Shown here one piece after another: positions 47,001-47,490 of a stretch of 47,490 nt of DNA (the stretch's first letter is position 1; each line of letters starts with the position of its first letter). A program made the translations under genes and the position numbers. Location: NCBI GenBank assembly GCA_043228905.1, contig JBHGNT010000232.1, forward strand, positions 1 through 47,490, given 5' to 3'. The DNA is from Azolla caroliniana. Taxonomy: Eukaryota; Plantae; Polypodiophyta. Below the pieces are notes generated by a model. It was not told the DNA's origin and searched no databases. It worked only from the letters and a program-made list of their open reading frames with translations.

Positions 47001-47490
47001 ACACTAGGTCATTTGTATAGGTAATATGTCACATTCTCTTTTTGACATTTCGGTGACAATTTTAAAAAATGCCTTATCTTAAGAGCCTTTCAAGAAGGTA
47101 CAATGCATGTGTACATGGTTCATCAAAACTTAGAAAATTTTAGAACTAAACATTATCACGATCGCAAAAGCAATAGTCTCATATTCTCCCTACCAAATTA
47201 TTATCCAATTCTTATATAAGGTCTAGAAGTCCATGCAAGTATAATTGTACTACCAACCATTTTACTTTATATGAAAATCATATCGTACTAAATAATTGAC
47301 TTGTGCTAATTTTGTGACTTCATTTTACATAATATGAAAATCACACCCCACTAAATAAGTGCTTTCTGTTAATTTTGTCCATATATTTATATATAAGACA
47401 TCTTAAAGGAAATTGTGAGGGTTGCAACTACAAGATACAATTATATCGAGAAAATTATTCCAATCAATGACACATGACACGTGACACTTT

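Noticed and set aside
47001-47490. Separate transposon end truncating the integrase of G
   Set aside because: Sequence character changes and TGACAC repeats appear at the edge, but no TIR or TSD can be verified within the window.

Overview
Eukaryotic nuclear DNA, most likely from a seed-free land plant (fern, lycophyte or moss; inferred from a Tcn1-type chromovirus and the Copia families). 1-17.4 kb is a nest of LTR retrotransposons: three Copia copies (A, B, E), a chromodomain Gypsy (D) plus its solo LTR, and two copies of a family with no visible coding region (C, C'). 19.0-23.3 kb holds one 10-exon TSO1/CPP (tesmin/LIN54-like, double CXC) gene on the minus strand. 24-34 kb is AT-rich intergenic DNA with a hAT-type MITE. 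34.4-39.7 kb is an intact, very young Copia (F) with two 610-bp LTRs that look identical. 41-47 kb is a decayed non-chromovirus Gypsy (G) with a ~3 kb extra ORF after pol. Most interesting: (1) family C has no tRNA primer-binding site; instead an 11-nt sequence after its LTR is complementary to the predicted 5' end of its own transcript, as in Tf1 self-priming; (2) LTRs of both C and D carry an antisense tRNA-derived A-box/B-box cassette near their 5' end; (3) D LTRs have a heat-shock element beside the TATA box; (4) two related Copia LTRs keep a covarying hairpin around the TATA box. All coordinates and alignments were read by eye.
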